A stretch of DNA of 63,704 bases, counting the filler, from Octopus bimaculoides (Eukaryota), in the NCBI RefSeq assembly GCF_001194135.2. It is 7 parts of 7 records of this genome, joined end to end, with 100 filler letters (N's around TTAATTAATTAA, not from the genome) between each part and the next. Parts side by side here need not be neighbours in the genome. Positions count along the whole stretch, not along the records: positions 62,469 to 63,704 come from NC_069002.1; 6 more parts are not named here. One strand, given 5' to 3'. This document shows positions 63,655 to 63,704 of this stretch, piece after piece. A program made the position numbers and the translations under genes. A model generated the notes under the pieces. That model was not told the DNA's origin. It made no database searches and saw only the letters and a program-made list of their open reading frames with translations. The stretch's first letter is position 1, and each line of letters starts with the position of its first letter.

Positions 63655-63704
<50 letters not shown>

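Overview
Eukaryotic (animal) draft-assembly DNA: AT-rich, dense in microsatellites and SINEs, with many N gaps. The repeat families and TTAGGG repeats suggest an octopus or other coleoid cephalopod; this is an inference. The only confidently supported gene is NACA (nascent polypeptide-associated complex alpha) on the + strand. It has a probable non-coding TOP/TCT-type exon 1 (~772-824) and six coding exons (4828-4974, 6245-6338, 8365-8495, 10723-10857, 12442-12564, 14129-14143). They splice in frame with GT-AG introns to a 214-aa protein with NAC and UBA domains, followed by AATAAA at 14263. The remaining ~49 kb is mostly repeats: three or four SINE-like families (often nested), hAT, piggyBac and GG-ended MITEs with clear TIRs/TSDs, foldback hairpins, remnants of a mariner transposase, a Ty3/gypsy protease, a Helitron-like element and a Penelope-like element, a tandem tRNA-Thr(CGT)-like duplication, and mini/microsatellites. 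Most ORFs in the supplied track are spurious (microsatellite, gap-spanning, or antisense to SINEs). The best leads are: (1) a 602-bp MITE built around a head-to-head telomere-repeat palindrome; (2) inverted repeat copies bracketing NACA exons 4-5 (circRNA/ADAR candidate) plus a 257-bp intronic foldback; (3) tandem tRNA-like genes with an 8-bp acceptor stem; (4) a decayed hammerhead next to a Penelope-like end; (5) an orphan symmetric coding-exon candidate at 43198; (6) possible SF3-helicase fragments near 61 kb. I found no evidence for a clearly new multi-gene system.
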